Positions 47,451 through 59,616 of a stretch of DNA of 64,000 nucleotides are shown here, piece by piece. The position numbers and the translations under genes are program-made. Under the pieces are notes generated by a model, which saw only the letters and a program-made list of their open reading frames with translations, did not search any database and had not been told where the DNA came from. The DNA is from Elsinoe ampelina. Its lineage: Eukaryota. The number at the start of each line of letters is the position of its first letter. The stretch's first letter is position 1. The stretch covers positions 892,945 through 956,944 of the forward strand of contig ML992501.1 of assembly GCA_010093995.1 (NCBI GenBank). Reading direction: 5' to 3'.

Positions 47451-48593
47451 TTACCACCCAACCACTCTTCCTGCTGTCCCTTCACCAATCATTCCACCAT
47501 CCCAGGATGCTACCTCTGACCTCTCCTCGTACTCATCTTTCTCGCTCGCCTCAGCCTCCTCCGCAGACATCCTCGCAATTCCTACAGACCTTCTCAAGCT
47601 CGCTGCATGGTTCCTTTCCTCTCTCTGCCTGGTGATCTCCTGATCCTTCAACTCCTCGACCTCGACCGTCAACTTCGCCACGACGCTCCTCGTGATCTCC
47701 ATCTCCTTGTCTGCCCTCTTGGCTTTGATCTGGTACTCCTTGACCACTTCTGCCTCGGCTTCGGCACACTCGCGGACCAAGGCGTCGACTTTCTTGCCCC
47801 ACGCACGAGCTGCGGTCAGGCGCTCGGAGAGGGTGGGTAGGGTGGAGAGCTGCTGGTAGGCACGGGAGAGGGACATGATCTTCTCTTGGAGGTAAGTCGA
47901 TTTGATGTCCCGGGAGAGGTCGGTGTTGTTTGATGGACCGGTGGCGCGGAAAGGGATAGAGGTGGCGTCGCCGACTGGAGCTGGGGCCGAGCGACGAGGA
48001 GCGGTGGCGTTGCTGGCGGGGTTCTTGTCGGTCTTGGTCTTGGTCTCGGTGACAGTCTCGGTCTCGGGCTCCCAGTGCTCCTTGATGATGCTCAAGAGGT
48101 GAGCGTATCCTTCTGGTCCTTCGTAATGCTTGCCGAGAGCGAGCTCGGCGCTCTGTTCCTGGAGGATCATGGCGAGGGTCTCGGGAGTGAGGTCGTTGGA
48201 GACTGGGGTGAGAAAGTTGGGGGGTGCGCGAGTGATGCGGGGTGGACGTGGGGGCATTGTAGAGGTGCTTGGTGTGAAGGCGGCGTTGCCGTCGCCAGTG
48301 GCTGCGGAGGCGATGTCGTCGGCGGTGTTGGCGGGGAAGTCGGGCTCGGAGAACAAGAATTCTTTGGGTTTAGAGTTGAGATTCTGCGAAGGTCAGACGT
48401 ATTCCTCCTATGGAGAACTGCTACTTACCCCGTAGCTGGAAGTGTACCATCCGGCCTCGTCGACGCTGGAGGTGCTCTGTTCGCTTCTGGCGGGCTTTCT
48501 GGACTGCTTCTTACTGCTGGTGCGCCTGGATCGACCTTCGCAGCACGCGCAGCCCCAGCAGTCGATGCCTACGCAGGAGATGGTGCTCGACAT
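47451..48593 (-). CDS. Hypothetical protein with Cys-rich N-terminus and C-terminal coiled coil, 1 intron at about 48384-48428
   Basis: Exon 1 reads MSSTISCVGIDCWGCACCEGRSRR..YTSSYG. A GTAAGT..CTGAC..CAG intron joins it to the 301-aa ORF, which contains the heptads KADKEMEITRSVVAKLTVEVEELKDQE. Confidence 0.65.
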
Positions 48594-49100
48594 GGTGGAC
48601 GGTGAGCGTGTTGCGCGCCTTGTGTGATTGAGGGTATCCTGAGAGCCTGGATAGTTTCTGGTGTGGCGAAGTGTTGCGAGAAGAGAAGGTGAAGGTGAGA
48701 CGAGGGAATTACTGAGTCGGCAGAAGTGATTAAATGAAAGATAAACAATGATCTTCTCACGAGCCGTCGCTGTGGTTGTGATGCCAAGTATCACATGCTT
48801 GCTGACGTGAAGGTTGGCCGACAAGAAGGCAAACAAACTCAAGATATGTATTCTGATTCACTTTGTGTTACCACAACGATCGATTGGTTCCCTTCCCTAT
48901 GTGCTCGACGTCGCGTATTCCAGCGCTGGGCAGCTACACTTCTAATATATGCTTGCTGTGAATGTCTCAACTCTAATACCTGGATGGACGACACGACAGA
49001 CTACCATTGTCGCCGAATCCTCCGTCCAAATGTCTTTGCGCGGTGAGAATGGAGCATGGCATCCAACAGTGTCATCATCGCTGCCCGCGTCTCCACAATC

Positions 49101-50429
49101 TCAACGGTCGTCGTCCTCATAGAATCCAGGTGGTTGAAATGCCTGGAACCGATAGTATACCACATCATCTTCCAGAGTGTGGATGTCCTCTCGCAGTCTC
49201 TTCATCTCCGCGTCTTGATTTTCCAGCGTGGTGTGTAAGCCTGAGATCTCCTGATCATCAAGCTGGGCATGCTTCTCGAGGTCTTTGATCTTGGCTTCTT
49301 GCTGCTTGACCTTTGCCTCCTGTGTCTTGACCTTTGCCTCCTGTTTCTTGACCTTTGCCTCCTGATTCTTGATCTCGGCCTCCAATGTAGAAATTTTCGT
49401 GTTGCGATTGATCTCATGCCTCTCATACTTTTCGATGCGCTTCTCTTGTTCCGCAAGCTCGAATATGTAGTCACGGTGCTCCAGTTCCAGATCTGCCTTA
49501 CACGACTCCAGTGTCTTGACCCTGTCCTGCTCAGCAGTCAACGCCTCCTGTAGCTGTGTCCTTGTATTCTCGCGTGCAAGACCCTCGGATTCGAGCTCTT
49601 GCTTCTTCGTCGTCAATTTCTGTAGCCTCTCTCCAAGCGCCATTATCTTAGCTTCCAGGTCACCAATTTCGTCAAACTGCTTCTGATTCTTGGCTTCGCA
49701 AGCCGACAACTTGTCCGTCTGCTGTTCGATAGTCCACTTCAAATTGACGACATCTGTCGACAACGAGTCGACAGAGGCACGTTGATCAGCCAACTCAGCC
49801 TCTGTTGCCTCTTGGATCGTTGCGTAATTGCTGACCTTAGCTATGAGATGAATGTTCGCGGCACTGACGGTGCGAAGCTCACGCTCAAGTGTGGCGACAT
49901 CACCATCTCGTGCTTCAACAACGTCTTGCTTACTCTCGTGACCTTCTTGCTGTGTCTTGGGTTCGGCTTTGAGCTCGCAGGCTGATTTTGCTTCGAGCGG
50001 GTCATGGGTAGCGAGCTCATTATCCGGTGTGTCCAGCTGTTCCTGAACGACAGTACCAGTAGTGATTGAAGTGATGGTCTTGTAGCATCCTGCCAGCGCA
50101 ATTGCTTTGTCAAAGAAGTCCTGGTCTGCGATATCTTCACTGTTGTGATTGAGGGCCCAGAGTGCTTGGACGAAGTTGGAACGAAGATCTGGTAGAACGA
50201 CTTTGCTGATACTGTTTCGAATGGAGGTAGAACGGATAGCAGAACCTTCGTGAATGGCTGTCTGTTCCATGATGGATGTTTCGCTGGCAGCTTCGGAAGT
50301 GGTGGGCGTGTAGATGTCGCTTGCATCCGAGTTGTCACTGTTGACTCGATTCTTGGAATGATCAACGCAAGGAATTGATTTGGCCTCGGATAGCCAAACA
50401 GAGTCGACCAAGTGGCCGCTCGTCGCCAT
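49101..50429 (-). CDS. Hypothetical long coiled-coil protein
   Basis: 442-aa ATG ORF with continuous heptads over the C-terminal half, including QEAKVKK repeats. Confidence 0.7.
   Translation of the reverse strand: MATSGHLVDSVWLSEAKSIPCVDHSKNRVNSDNSDASDIYTPTTSEAASETSIMEQTAIHEGSAIRSTSIRNSISKVVLPDLRSNFVQALWALNHNSEDIADQDFFDKAIALAGCYKTITSITTGTVVQEQLDTPDNELATHDPLEAKSACELKAEPKTQQEGHESKQDVVEARDGDVATLERELRTVSAANIHLIAKVSNYATIQEATEAELADQRASVDSLSTDVVNLKWTIEQQTDKLSACEAKNQKQFDEIGDLEAKIMALGERLQKLTTKKQELESEGLARENTRTQLQEALTAEQDRVKTLESCKADLELEHRDYIFELAEQEKRIEKYERHEINRNTKISTLEAEIKNQEAKVKKQEAKVKTQEAKVKQQEAKIKDLEKHAQLDDQEISGLHTTLENQDAEMKRLREDIHTLEDDVVYYRFQAFQPPGFYEDDDR
49284..49378. repeat. 21-bp coding tandem repeat encoding the heptad (Q-E-A-K-V/I-K-x)x4
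   Basis: cttgacctttgcctcctg recurs with a 21-bp period (49305, 49326, 49347), with degenerate flanking copies. Confidence 0.85.
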
Positions 50430-50840
50430 TGCTGAATTTATCAGTCATCGAACGCACTGGGATAGATCCCGTGGCCTTACTTACCAGTTTCTTCGAAATT
50501 CTCGGGGTCTGGGAAGGTGAGATCAGACATGCGACGTGTAGCGCAAGTGGTCGATTGTGTGATGGTGACGAGCGATCGTCGAAGGACGGAAAGAGGTGTG
50601 ATGAAGTAGGAAAGACCGGCAGAGCTGATAAAATTTTCGCCACGAAATCTCATGCCAAGTATCACACGCGGGACCGGGAGGCTAGAAATGATATCCAGAC
50701 AAGCGGTACCATTTTTCAGCAAGCACCCTGCCTGTCGGATAATGCGGGAATAGACAAGCATTCAAGACACCGCCGGCAAGCAGGAAGAGGTGAACGACTG
50801 TATCATTCCCCCCAACCACTACATATCAACAAGAAGAGAT

Positions 50841-53800
50841 CTAGTACTCATCGGAATCATACTCTTGATCCGGTATAAGCGCCCTGTACCTCCTGGCAGC
50901 CAGATCCTGTTCCAGCCCACCATCGCTCTCAGGGTCAAGATAGCCTACAAAAGTCAGCAAACATCCCTACACCCCTCATTTCAGATCCACATACCTCGTC
51001 CGCCTGCAATGCTCAATAACACCGGCAACAACACCAGAGCATGCAGCGCCGCCCACACTACCAACGCCGCCCATACCCTGAAGTAGTACACCTCGAAGAT
51101 CTTGCTCCTCGTGAACGCCAGTACCGTGACGCCGAGCACCTTTGTGATCCCGATCCCGCTGATGACGCTGCCTCCTACGTTCACCAGCGCGGCGAATGCT
51201 CGCGCGTCTTTGCCTCGCAGTCGAGTCTTGTCTAGGATAGTCTGTGATGGTACGGCGAAGGCACGAGCGATATGTGCGCAGAACTCCACGCTGATGCCCA
51301 CGCAGATGATAAGATTGACGAGTGAGACGGCGTTGAGGCTGACGGAGCATAGTGCCATTGTACCGAGGATGGCGATGAGTGTCATGCCGACTGTAAGAGT
51401 GACGACGAGACCGGTAGCGAGAGATCCGAGGAGCAGAGAAGAGATGAAAGCAACAAAAGCGAGGGCGCCGCCGATCAGAGCTGTGGATAGCCTGACGATG
51501 CTGACGTATTGGTCGAAGAAAATGTAGAATTTGGAGTAAGGGAAGACAGAGATGTTGTTTCTCTCGGAAATGTCGTTAGCAATGCGTCGAGCAGCCTTGT
51601 AGGCGGCGATGAAGTCGTCTTGGGAGTGAAGGGCAGTATGTGCTGTACGGAAGTGAGACGCGGGTATGGTAAGCGAAGAGTTGTTGATGACCAGCGCGGA
51701 AGAGTATGGAGCTTTGCCGCCGAGAGGACAATCTTCATTCGTGGGTGCCTTTATCCATCGCTGGAGGTAGTGGACGAATTCCTCACCCTCTGGCATACCG
51801 TGCAGATTGACATTCCAGGGTGGATTGCGATTCTCAAAGCAAGTAGTAGATCCATCCATGCAGCAGTCCAGCGTTGGGTTCAACCAGGTGAAGTAGTCGT
51901 CAATCCAGGATGCTGTTGCGTCGGCGATATAAGAGACTTCTGGTCGCTTCCGCTCTTGCTCAAGGGTGTTGGCGAGTGACAGCTCCGAACATGTCGAGAA
52001 TCGTCCGCAGAGATCCTGCTGATGCTTGCGCTCGGTCACGTTGAGCTCGCGGGTGATGAAGTATACAGGAGGTCCGGCATTGAAGTAGTCATAGAGATCG
52101 TCGAAATACTTGATCAAGTATGAGTCAGATGGGATGGCTATACGCTGGTCGAGCCCAAGCTGAATACTTGGCAGAAGCGCAAGTCCAGCTGTGAACACAC
52201 CGAGGAAGATTGTGATGATGGCAACCTTGCTTCTGAAGCGCAGAATAGACGGGGCATACGTCTTACGAATGAAGCGCTGGAGTACTCCTTCTTCCTCGAC
52301 TCCGTAGAAAGCGGACAAGCGATCGTGCGTGCCCATGTGCTCGTTGTGGGAGACCTTCACGCAGGGGATGCAGTCTGCTCGACCTGCTTCAACTCTTTGC
52401 TGGTTCCAGGCCAAGACGGAGATGAACATTGTAACCTGCAGCACGAAGTTAATGAAGACTGCTCCAGCGGCATAGGCGGCAAAGTTCCTGACGGCAGGCA
52501 TGCCGACTGCAGCGCCGAGAGCGAATGCCACAGTTTCAGTGGAGACGGAGAGGAGGATGCTGGGTCCCATGCGACCGAGAGCGCGGGACATTCGTTCTTC
52601 GATCGAGTCGTCTGCGTTGCTGACATTGACTCTCTCGAATTCGTGTACAATCAAGAAGATGTTGTCAACACCAACAGCGAGCACCAAGAACGGAATGACC
52701 TCTGCAATGATCAGAGTCGCCTTTACGCCCGCAGCTGCGAATAGCCCGACAGATGCTGATACCGACATCAAAACAATGATGATTCCAACAACTCCGAGCA
52801 TGAATTTGGACTGCACCAACGCAGTTGTCGGATCCCTAAGCAGTGTACGAATGGTGAGAGTTGTAGAACCCAAGGCGAGCGAAGCGTAGAGGAACATGAT
52901 GACATAGCTGATGGCCACGATCTTAGCGTCGGTATTGGTGGATTTGTTTAGCTCTTCTTCGAGACTGCTTTCGGTAGTGAATGATAGGCGAAGGCCGCGC
53001 TCACGTGCTTCGCCTTTGATCATGAGAAACATGTCTTTCAGGCTTGCTTCCCAATCCATTGCACGTTGCAGTTCGAGTGTCCCCTCATCTGCATTCGACA
53101 CGACCCAAGTGGTAATGAGCGCTTCTGTCTCGAAGACGCTCTTGTTGAAAGGACCAAAAATGTACTTTGGATCGATCGGCTGCTGGAATTCGGGCAGACA
53201 CTCGTAATCGCCATAATTGTTGACGCATTGGTCGAGAGTGTCTCTCCAGGAATCACGATCTACTCCGCCTCGCGGACCGTCGAAGTAGCCAGTGATTGAC
53301 TGCACAACACAAGGCCCACCAGTAGGCTTGTAGCAGATATCCTTCAGTGTATGGCCGCCGTTATAAGATTTCATGCGCTCTATGCGATACTCCACGTCGA
53401 ACCACCACTGTAAGGTCTCGTAAGACAGAACGGTACCAGATGTCGACGGGTCCGTGTCGTTGACCAGGAAAGCCTGCTGAGTCCTGAAGAAAGGACCAAA
53501 GTTCTTGTCGAAGAAAGCTTTCTCCTGGGCGGCCGCAGAGTTGGGTGCGACCCATAACCGGACAGGATCAGTCTCTAATTGGAAATTCGTCCAACCGAGA
53601 CTGAGAAGAGCTACCACAAGTACAGAGGTCCCAACAGTAATAGCTGGGTAGCGCGCGCAGACCCTGCCGAGCTTGCTGAAAGCCAAGTCGCACCAGGTGT
53701 TCAGCCAATATCCTTTTGTTGGCTTGTCTATAAGTCCTGCGTGCTGAACGATATCTCCTTCATCCTCGTCATCGCTCGGCGTGGAATCCTGGAGTAGCCG

Positions 53801-54718
53801 TAATCGCTCGTTCTTGTTCTTGCTGTGCCGTTTGTATGCGACATGACCGGAGACTGTCAGCACCAGAAGTCCAATGAAGATGGAGTAGATAAGGATGATC
53901 GCAAATGAGAGGCAAGGCAAAAGCCCAACGTAGCATTGTGAGTCGTCATCCACTTCTGGCAAAGCAGGACATGACGCATCACAGTCTACGCAGGCGCACC
54001 GGTATCTCTCGTCCTTACTGTTGCAAGGATGCGGTGCCTCTTTGTTAGGCCGTATTCCTGGGTGTTCTTCTTTGCTCGGTCGGGGAAAGTTGATCTGGAA
54101 TGGACTGCCAAAAGGCTTCTTGTCACCAAGGAACTTCAGAAATTGGGTATAATTCTTCGCATCTCCTCCAATGAGTGTCATTGCTCTTCCTCCGGTAGCG
54201 CCCAGCTTGACATCCTTGCAGCTATCGTAGAATTTCTCACCATTCGAGTTGGATACGAAATGGTCCAGCTCGGTAGTGATGAACTTGTCGCCTTTGGCCT
54301 CGGCTTTTGTGACATTGACGAACAATGACTGGTTTGGCGAGCATGTAAATGTGCAGAAGAGGTCGAAGAAGTTGACCTTGCATGCTGGACAGGCGGAGAT
54401 GATGCCCTCCGCTTTCTTGAGATTCGACTCCAAGGCATCCAATTGCTCACCCCTGCAGCATACATCTCCTTGTGTCCACTTCTCACCGCAGATCTTGACG
54501 AGTTTCTTCCTTACCTCGGGTGATGGAGTCTCCGCCAGGCCATTGTCCGGACATGGTAGTTCTGACCCGAAGAAACTTTGCTTTCCACAATTGCCTCGGA
54601 TAGCGCATCGGCCTTCTTCATGCTTTGATGTCCAGCTCGGCTCGGAGGCTGCTGCAACGAGTGTTTGGGGACCGAGTAATAAGAGGGCGAGAGCAACTCG
54701 CAGGCTTTTGTGTATCAT
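50841..54718 (-). CDS. NCR1: Niemann-Pick C1-like sterol transporter Ncr1 (sterol-sensing domain, RND fold), 1 intron near the 3' end
   Basis: Signal peptide MIHKSLRVALALLLLG (ATG 54718), Cys-rich NTD (CPACKVNFFDLFCTFTCSPNQS), ETDPVRLW, SSD EVIPFLVLAVGVDNIF, MPAV, GLDQ..PSDSYL and SVEFCAH. The terminal exon reads GYLDPESDGGLEQDLAARRYRALIPDQEYDSDEY*. Confidence 0.95.
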
Positions 54719-55453
54719 CCTCCTCGCCAGCCACCAAGGCTGCTCGTCGTTGATGTATGGACCGAGCAGTACAAACGAATCTAGAGGTGAAAGTGAGGTA
54801 CAGTGAATGTGGGCCTCGATAATTCTCGGACTGTAGGCTGTGCAACGAAGAGCTTCACGGGTGCGAAGCTGTCTAGTCGAGGGGGCGTGATCGGCAAGGC
54901 AGAAGCCGCGGAGGTCTCCAACGTCGAAAGCTCTCGGAAGAGGAATGAAAGGCTGAGGGAGCTCGCTGAATGATCGATATGGATTAATATGGCGATGCGA
55001 GCGCTTTGGAATCGCTCGGTCAATCGATGAAGGATGAGGAGACGTGGTCGGCTGGGAGTTGTTTGGCAGCGCGAACGGAGAGGAGAGAAGGTCCTTGGGT
55101 TGGTCTCTTGTGACGTCTGTCGATCGTAGCCACAGGACCCACTTTTCCCACATTCTGTTTCCGTGCCTGGGAGAGAAGATCCTCGGCCCGCAGAGCCGCG
55201 TTACCAGATTGATTGCTCACGTGGTCATCGCCAGTCATGAATCAAGTAGGAAGACACTGATGATGGGTATATAGTTTGTTCTCGATTAAAGTACACTGCT
55301 TCTCTCCCTCGAAGCTCTGTAAGGAATCTTTTTCCTGTCCGCCTGGAGCACCTAAGTCTATTCTCCACCATAGACCTGAAGTTGCCCAAGCGCGAGAACG
55401 CCAGAAGGTATTGCCTGAATTTTGTTGTCGCGGTTTGATCATGAAGTCATGCT

Positions 55454-57709
55454 TCACGCATCTCCGCCTGCGGGTGCTGGAGCCGGGGTTGACGACGGGG
55501 TCCCATCTGGCTTGCCAGGTCCTCCACGTCCACGACCTCCCCTACCACCACGATCACCCCGTGTCCCCCTGAATCCTCCGCGTCCACGTCCTCCACGCCC
55601 GCTCTCCGAGTCGCTGGCACCAGAACTACGGTAGCCACTCTGTTGGGGTGGGGCGCCTGCTGCACCTCCTCTCGTGCTTCCCCAAGTTCCGGCAAATCCT
55701 CCACGAGGTCCACCGCGAGCACGGAAGGCGGACAACTTGACCGAGGAGAATCGCGAACCTTCCGTTTGAGGAGGACTGCGCTTCAGCACTTCCTCCATGA
55801 TCTCTGGCGACTCGAAATGAGCGATCCAGAAACCTTTGTGTGTCTTTTCGAGCTTTGTGATCTTGGAGCGGTCTTCTTCGGCGAACATCTGCTGCTTCAT
55901 CTCGTCATCTGTAAGACCTGGAAGACCTGGAAGACCTGGAATGTAGATGGCCGAGCTGGGCTTTGCTGGCTCGGGACGTGGTGATTCCGCACTCTTGTCC
56001 GCGGCTGGACCAGATGTGCCGTTCGCACCAGGCGGCGGTGCTGAAGCTCCGTTAGTGGTCGCGGGTGGCTGAGGAGTGCCAGCAGCCTTCGCTGGAGCTG
56101 GTGATGCCGCTGGCTGTGCGGGACGAGGCGGCAACTGTTGCTGTGCGGCTGGTCCAGTAGGACGTCCCTGATTCTGTGTGAGGACCTGTGCTGCTGTGGG
56201 TGCCACATTTTGAGGAGGCAGTCTTTGTTGTGGAGGACCGCTCTGTACAATGGGTGGGCCTTGAGGAAGCGGCTTATCTGCGCCAACCTGAGCACTAGGC
56301 TGCACAGGCCTCTGGCCGGTCTTGTTGCCGCGATGAGAGAAGTTGAAACCCTGAGCCCTCATCTCGGTACCAATGCGACCTTGGTCAATGTCGAGCACCA
56401 ACCAACCAAAGGCAGCATCTGCCAAGTTGAAGTTCCACATGTTCTTGAAAGCACTTTCGTCGACGGATCCACTCTGTGGTCCTTGTGCACCGCCAAAAGG
56501 ATTGCCACCATTCGCTACAGACGGCATCTTGTTGACAACATCAAGAGCGTGTGCCAGAAGCCTCTGCTGCGACTCATTCTCTGCGACAGCGGGTTCAACT
56601 TCGTGCTTGACAGTCTCCCACACATCGTTGAACGAGGCTTTTGAAGCTGCAAGCTTGCCGCGATAGTGGTCAAGAGTTGGGTTGACACTGAACTCGTTGT
56701 ATGAGCTCCCGTATCTGAAGTGCAGACCTGCGGAGATGGAGAAGTCCGCCTTGAGGGTGACAGATAGCTGATTGAGTAAGCCTTCTCGGGTTGGGGACGC
56801 ATGCGTCACAAAGACTCGTGTCTCGGTGGGGTCATAGACGCGATTTGCAGTGTCGACAAGTTCACCCATTTGTAGGAGTGTGGTCCACATTGTGCCTTGA
56901 CCACCTGCAATTGTGGTCCTGCCCTCTCCATTGTCGAACAACTTGTGCATGACCAAAGCACCTCCCAGACCGAGCAGACGAAGCTTGACGCCGCCGACGT
57001 CCAAAAGTCTTGAATGTGCTTCATCTATGATGTGTAGATTGTCAATCTTGTATTCACCAGAACGTAGCTTTTCCAAGACCGACACGTCTTCGCAGGCGCC
57101 CCATACTGTGTACACAGGTACATCAAGCTTGTAAGATCCGCTGAGGAAGAAAGGAAGCTCGGAAAGAGGCAGGCGTTCGCGTTGGAAGCGTTCTTTTATC
57201 GAAGTCGAAGGAGGCGCGCGCGAGAGGTCGGCCTTGAGAGGATCGGGGAGCAGAGGGGAGTATTGGGCAACATGTTTGAGGGTCCTGTAATGAGTGTTAG
57301 ATGTATATACAAATACTACAGGCCGAAAGACCTACTTTTCCGCAATGCGCTCAAGTGAGGAATCGTCGTAGAAGCCGAAGTCGCCAGTGTGGATGACATG
57401 GTCGGCTCTTGCGTTGCGAGCGAGCTCGTTCAAGGATCGCAGGTTACCTGTACATGATCAGCGCGGTCTAATCCTTCTCTGCGCAGCTTCCTACCTCTGA
57501 CATCGGCTATGCAGAGAATGCGCACTCCACTCGCCTGTATAACCCGACCTTGGTTCGGGAGAAGAGGAGCAGCACCTGGAACAGGACCGCTGGGTGTGCC
57601 GTTGGGGAGGTATGCCTGGCTGTATGCCCTTGGCTGATTTGGAGGCTGTCATATCCTATCAGTGATGCAAGAGTGTCTGAGAAACGATGACACTTACAGG
57701 AGCGGCCAT
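55454..57709 (-). CDS. Conserved fungal calcineurin-like metallophosphoesterase-fold / DUF2433-type protein with Pro/Gln linker, RRM-like segment and RGG tail; 3 introns
   Basis: Spliced N-terminus MAAP/PPNQPRAY..VRILCIADVRG/NLRSLNEL..HVIHTGDFGFYD. Then VYTVWGACED, LGLGGA, FVTHASP, GLHFRYGSSYNEF and FKNMWNFNLADA, with RGG repeats at the C-terminus. Confidence 0.85.
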
Positions 57710-58251
57710 GGATGAAGCTTGCCAGTGAGTGCAGCGGAGAAGCTCTGAAGCAAGAAAAAGAAGCGTGACAATCTCTCACAAGTGGCTCGAGATGACGATC
57801 GCAGAGCTGAGCAAGAGTCCAATGACTTTGAGAGGAGATGACTTGATTACAGAAAAGGCGAAGATAGAATTGGAAGCAATCAAGTTCGCTACTGCTTTGG
57901 CTGTTTGCACCTCTCTCACATTTTGTTCCCTCACATGTCTTGGCGCGGCGGCCTGAGCTTCAACTTCGTGTCTTCCAGCATTTGGGAATCACAACACGAT
58001 AACCACTCTTTGCTTTCCTCAGAAGTATTTCATATTTTTATTGAATGTTCTCGAGCATCTCTCGGTACGAAAGCATCAAACATTCTTCTGTCATCTCGAT
58101 TGCGAGACTGCAGGAACCCGCCCGTGCTTGGGGCTGCTTCAGCCCATGCTGTCATTCCCGGAACGCCGCGCTGAAGGGTATCATACATATCTGAGCGACC
58201 TTGTCACTCCCTGACCTCATCACTGCCCACGTACTGGTCACCACCCTCCAC

Positions 58252-59217
58252 TCAGTAATGACCACGACCACGACGTCCTCCCCCCCCGCCATAGCCACCA
58301 TAGCCACCTCCTCCTCCGCGATAATTACCTCCGCCTCCACGTCCGCGACCATAACCTCCCCCATAGCCTCTGTCTTGATAGCCCCCGCCATATCCGCCAT
58401 CGCCATGGTAGTCGCGGTAGCTTCCCCCGTTCTGCATCCCGTCGTCACGAGGTGGTGGCTTCCTATCGCGAAGCTGCTCTTTCAGCGCGTCGTGAGCTTT
58501 ACGCATCTGCGCATAACCCAGGTGCATCTTGCCAAAGAAATGATCAGCCAGACGCCTGTCGTTGTCGAGCCTGCTAAGATAGGCACCGCAGACGTCGCAG
58601 ACCTGCAACTTCTGATGTCCTGAAGGCCCGGATGTATCGGAAATGTTCTTGAGTTCTCGTTCGTGCTCTTCCTTCTTCGCCTTTGCGACCCGGATCTTGT
58701 AGTGTTCCGTGACGGCGAGATTGACGCTGCCCGCTTCCGCCAGAATCTTCACCTCGAGGAGCCCGTTCTCGATCGTCTTCGTGAGCTTGTTGACCTCTTG
58801 CAGCTGCGAGCTGATTAGCGCCAGACGACTCAGGGCTACCGAGCCACCTACATGCATGGCCGTCTTCCTAACTTCCTCGGGAGTCTTCTCCAATTTGCGA
58901 CGCGAGTCGTCTATGCGCCTGTTGCATATGTCGATGTAACGCGACATGTCTCTGAGATAGTCGAATTCAAATCCCCATGTGCGCTTTTGCTCATCACTGG
59001 CCTCCTGGTACTCGGTCTTGAGAGCTTCGCTATGTTGGCGCGGACAGACTCCAAGATCTTGTTTGGTGTTGGTGAAGAGATCGTGCGGGCAGGTACCGAC
59101 AAGGTAGGACTTGCACACCTTTGGGTCGTTGATCGGTAGCTGAGGTGCTTTGGCTGCCGAACTCATGAGCTGATCGCCCATGAGGGCTTCCAGCAGCTTT
59201 CTCTGCTCGGCCGCCAT
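58252..59217 (-). CDS. LUC7: U1 snRNP splicing factor Luc7, 1 intron 58804-58851
   Basis: MAAEQRKLLEALMG, zinc finger 1 VCKSYLVGTCPHDLFTNTKQDLGVC..H, zinc finger 2 KLQVCDVCGAYLSRLDNDRRLADHFFGKMHLGY, and an RGG/GY tail. Confidence 0.96.
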   Translation of the reverse strand: MAAEQRKLLEALMGDQLMSSAAKAPQLPINDPKVCKSYLVGTCPHDLFTNTKQDLGVCPRQHSEALKTEYQEASDEQKRTWGFEFDYLRDMSRYIDICNRRIDDSRRKLEKTPEEVRKTAMHVGGSVALSRLALISSQLQEVNKLTKTIENGLLEVKILAEAGSVNLAVTEHYKIRVAKAKKEEHERELKNISDTSGPSGHQKLQVCDVCGAYLSRLDNDRRLADHFFGKMHLGYAQMRKAHDALKEQLRDRKPPPRDDGMQNGGSYRDYHGDGGYGGGYQDRGYGGGYGRGRGGGGNYRGGGGGYGGYGGGGGRRGRGHY

Positions 59218-59616
59218 TTTGTCTGAGTATTGCTAAGTCCTGATGGTACTTGGCACAGCCTTCACGTAATCTATTGTCACTTCTTGAAACAGTGCGGTTT
59301 GGGAGAAGTGAGTCGAAAAGCTTGAGCTACCGCATACTGCGCTCGACGTGGTTCCTGTAGGCTGTCAATATGATGCTACTTCTAGGAGCGAGTAGCGCGA
59401 GTGCAGCAGCAAGCAGAGCGCAGTCAATCAGTCGGCGGAGCAGTCGACTATGATGTGAGAAGACAGGGTGGAGAGTGAACTTTTTGCTGAAGCTCCAACG
59501 ACAACTCTTGGCATTGCGGAGTTCACATCCACCACCTCCGTGTGTCCACGTTTGTTCAACGACACATGTTTCTATCATAACAACTGTTACGGCTATCTGC
59601 TTGAGCAGAAGCCGCA

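Noticed and set aside
54719..55153. 145-codon in-frame extension upstream of NCR1 in the ORF track
   Set aside because: It begins at a non-ATG codon and would bury the signal peptide that starts at ATG 54718. The track's C-terminus (GMWI*) also reads into an intron.
55912..55940. (aagacctgg)x3 tandem repeat
   Set aside because: It is a short coding repeat (PGLPGLPGL) with no evidence of independent function.
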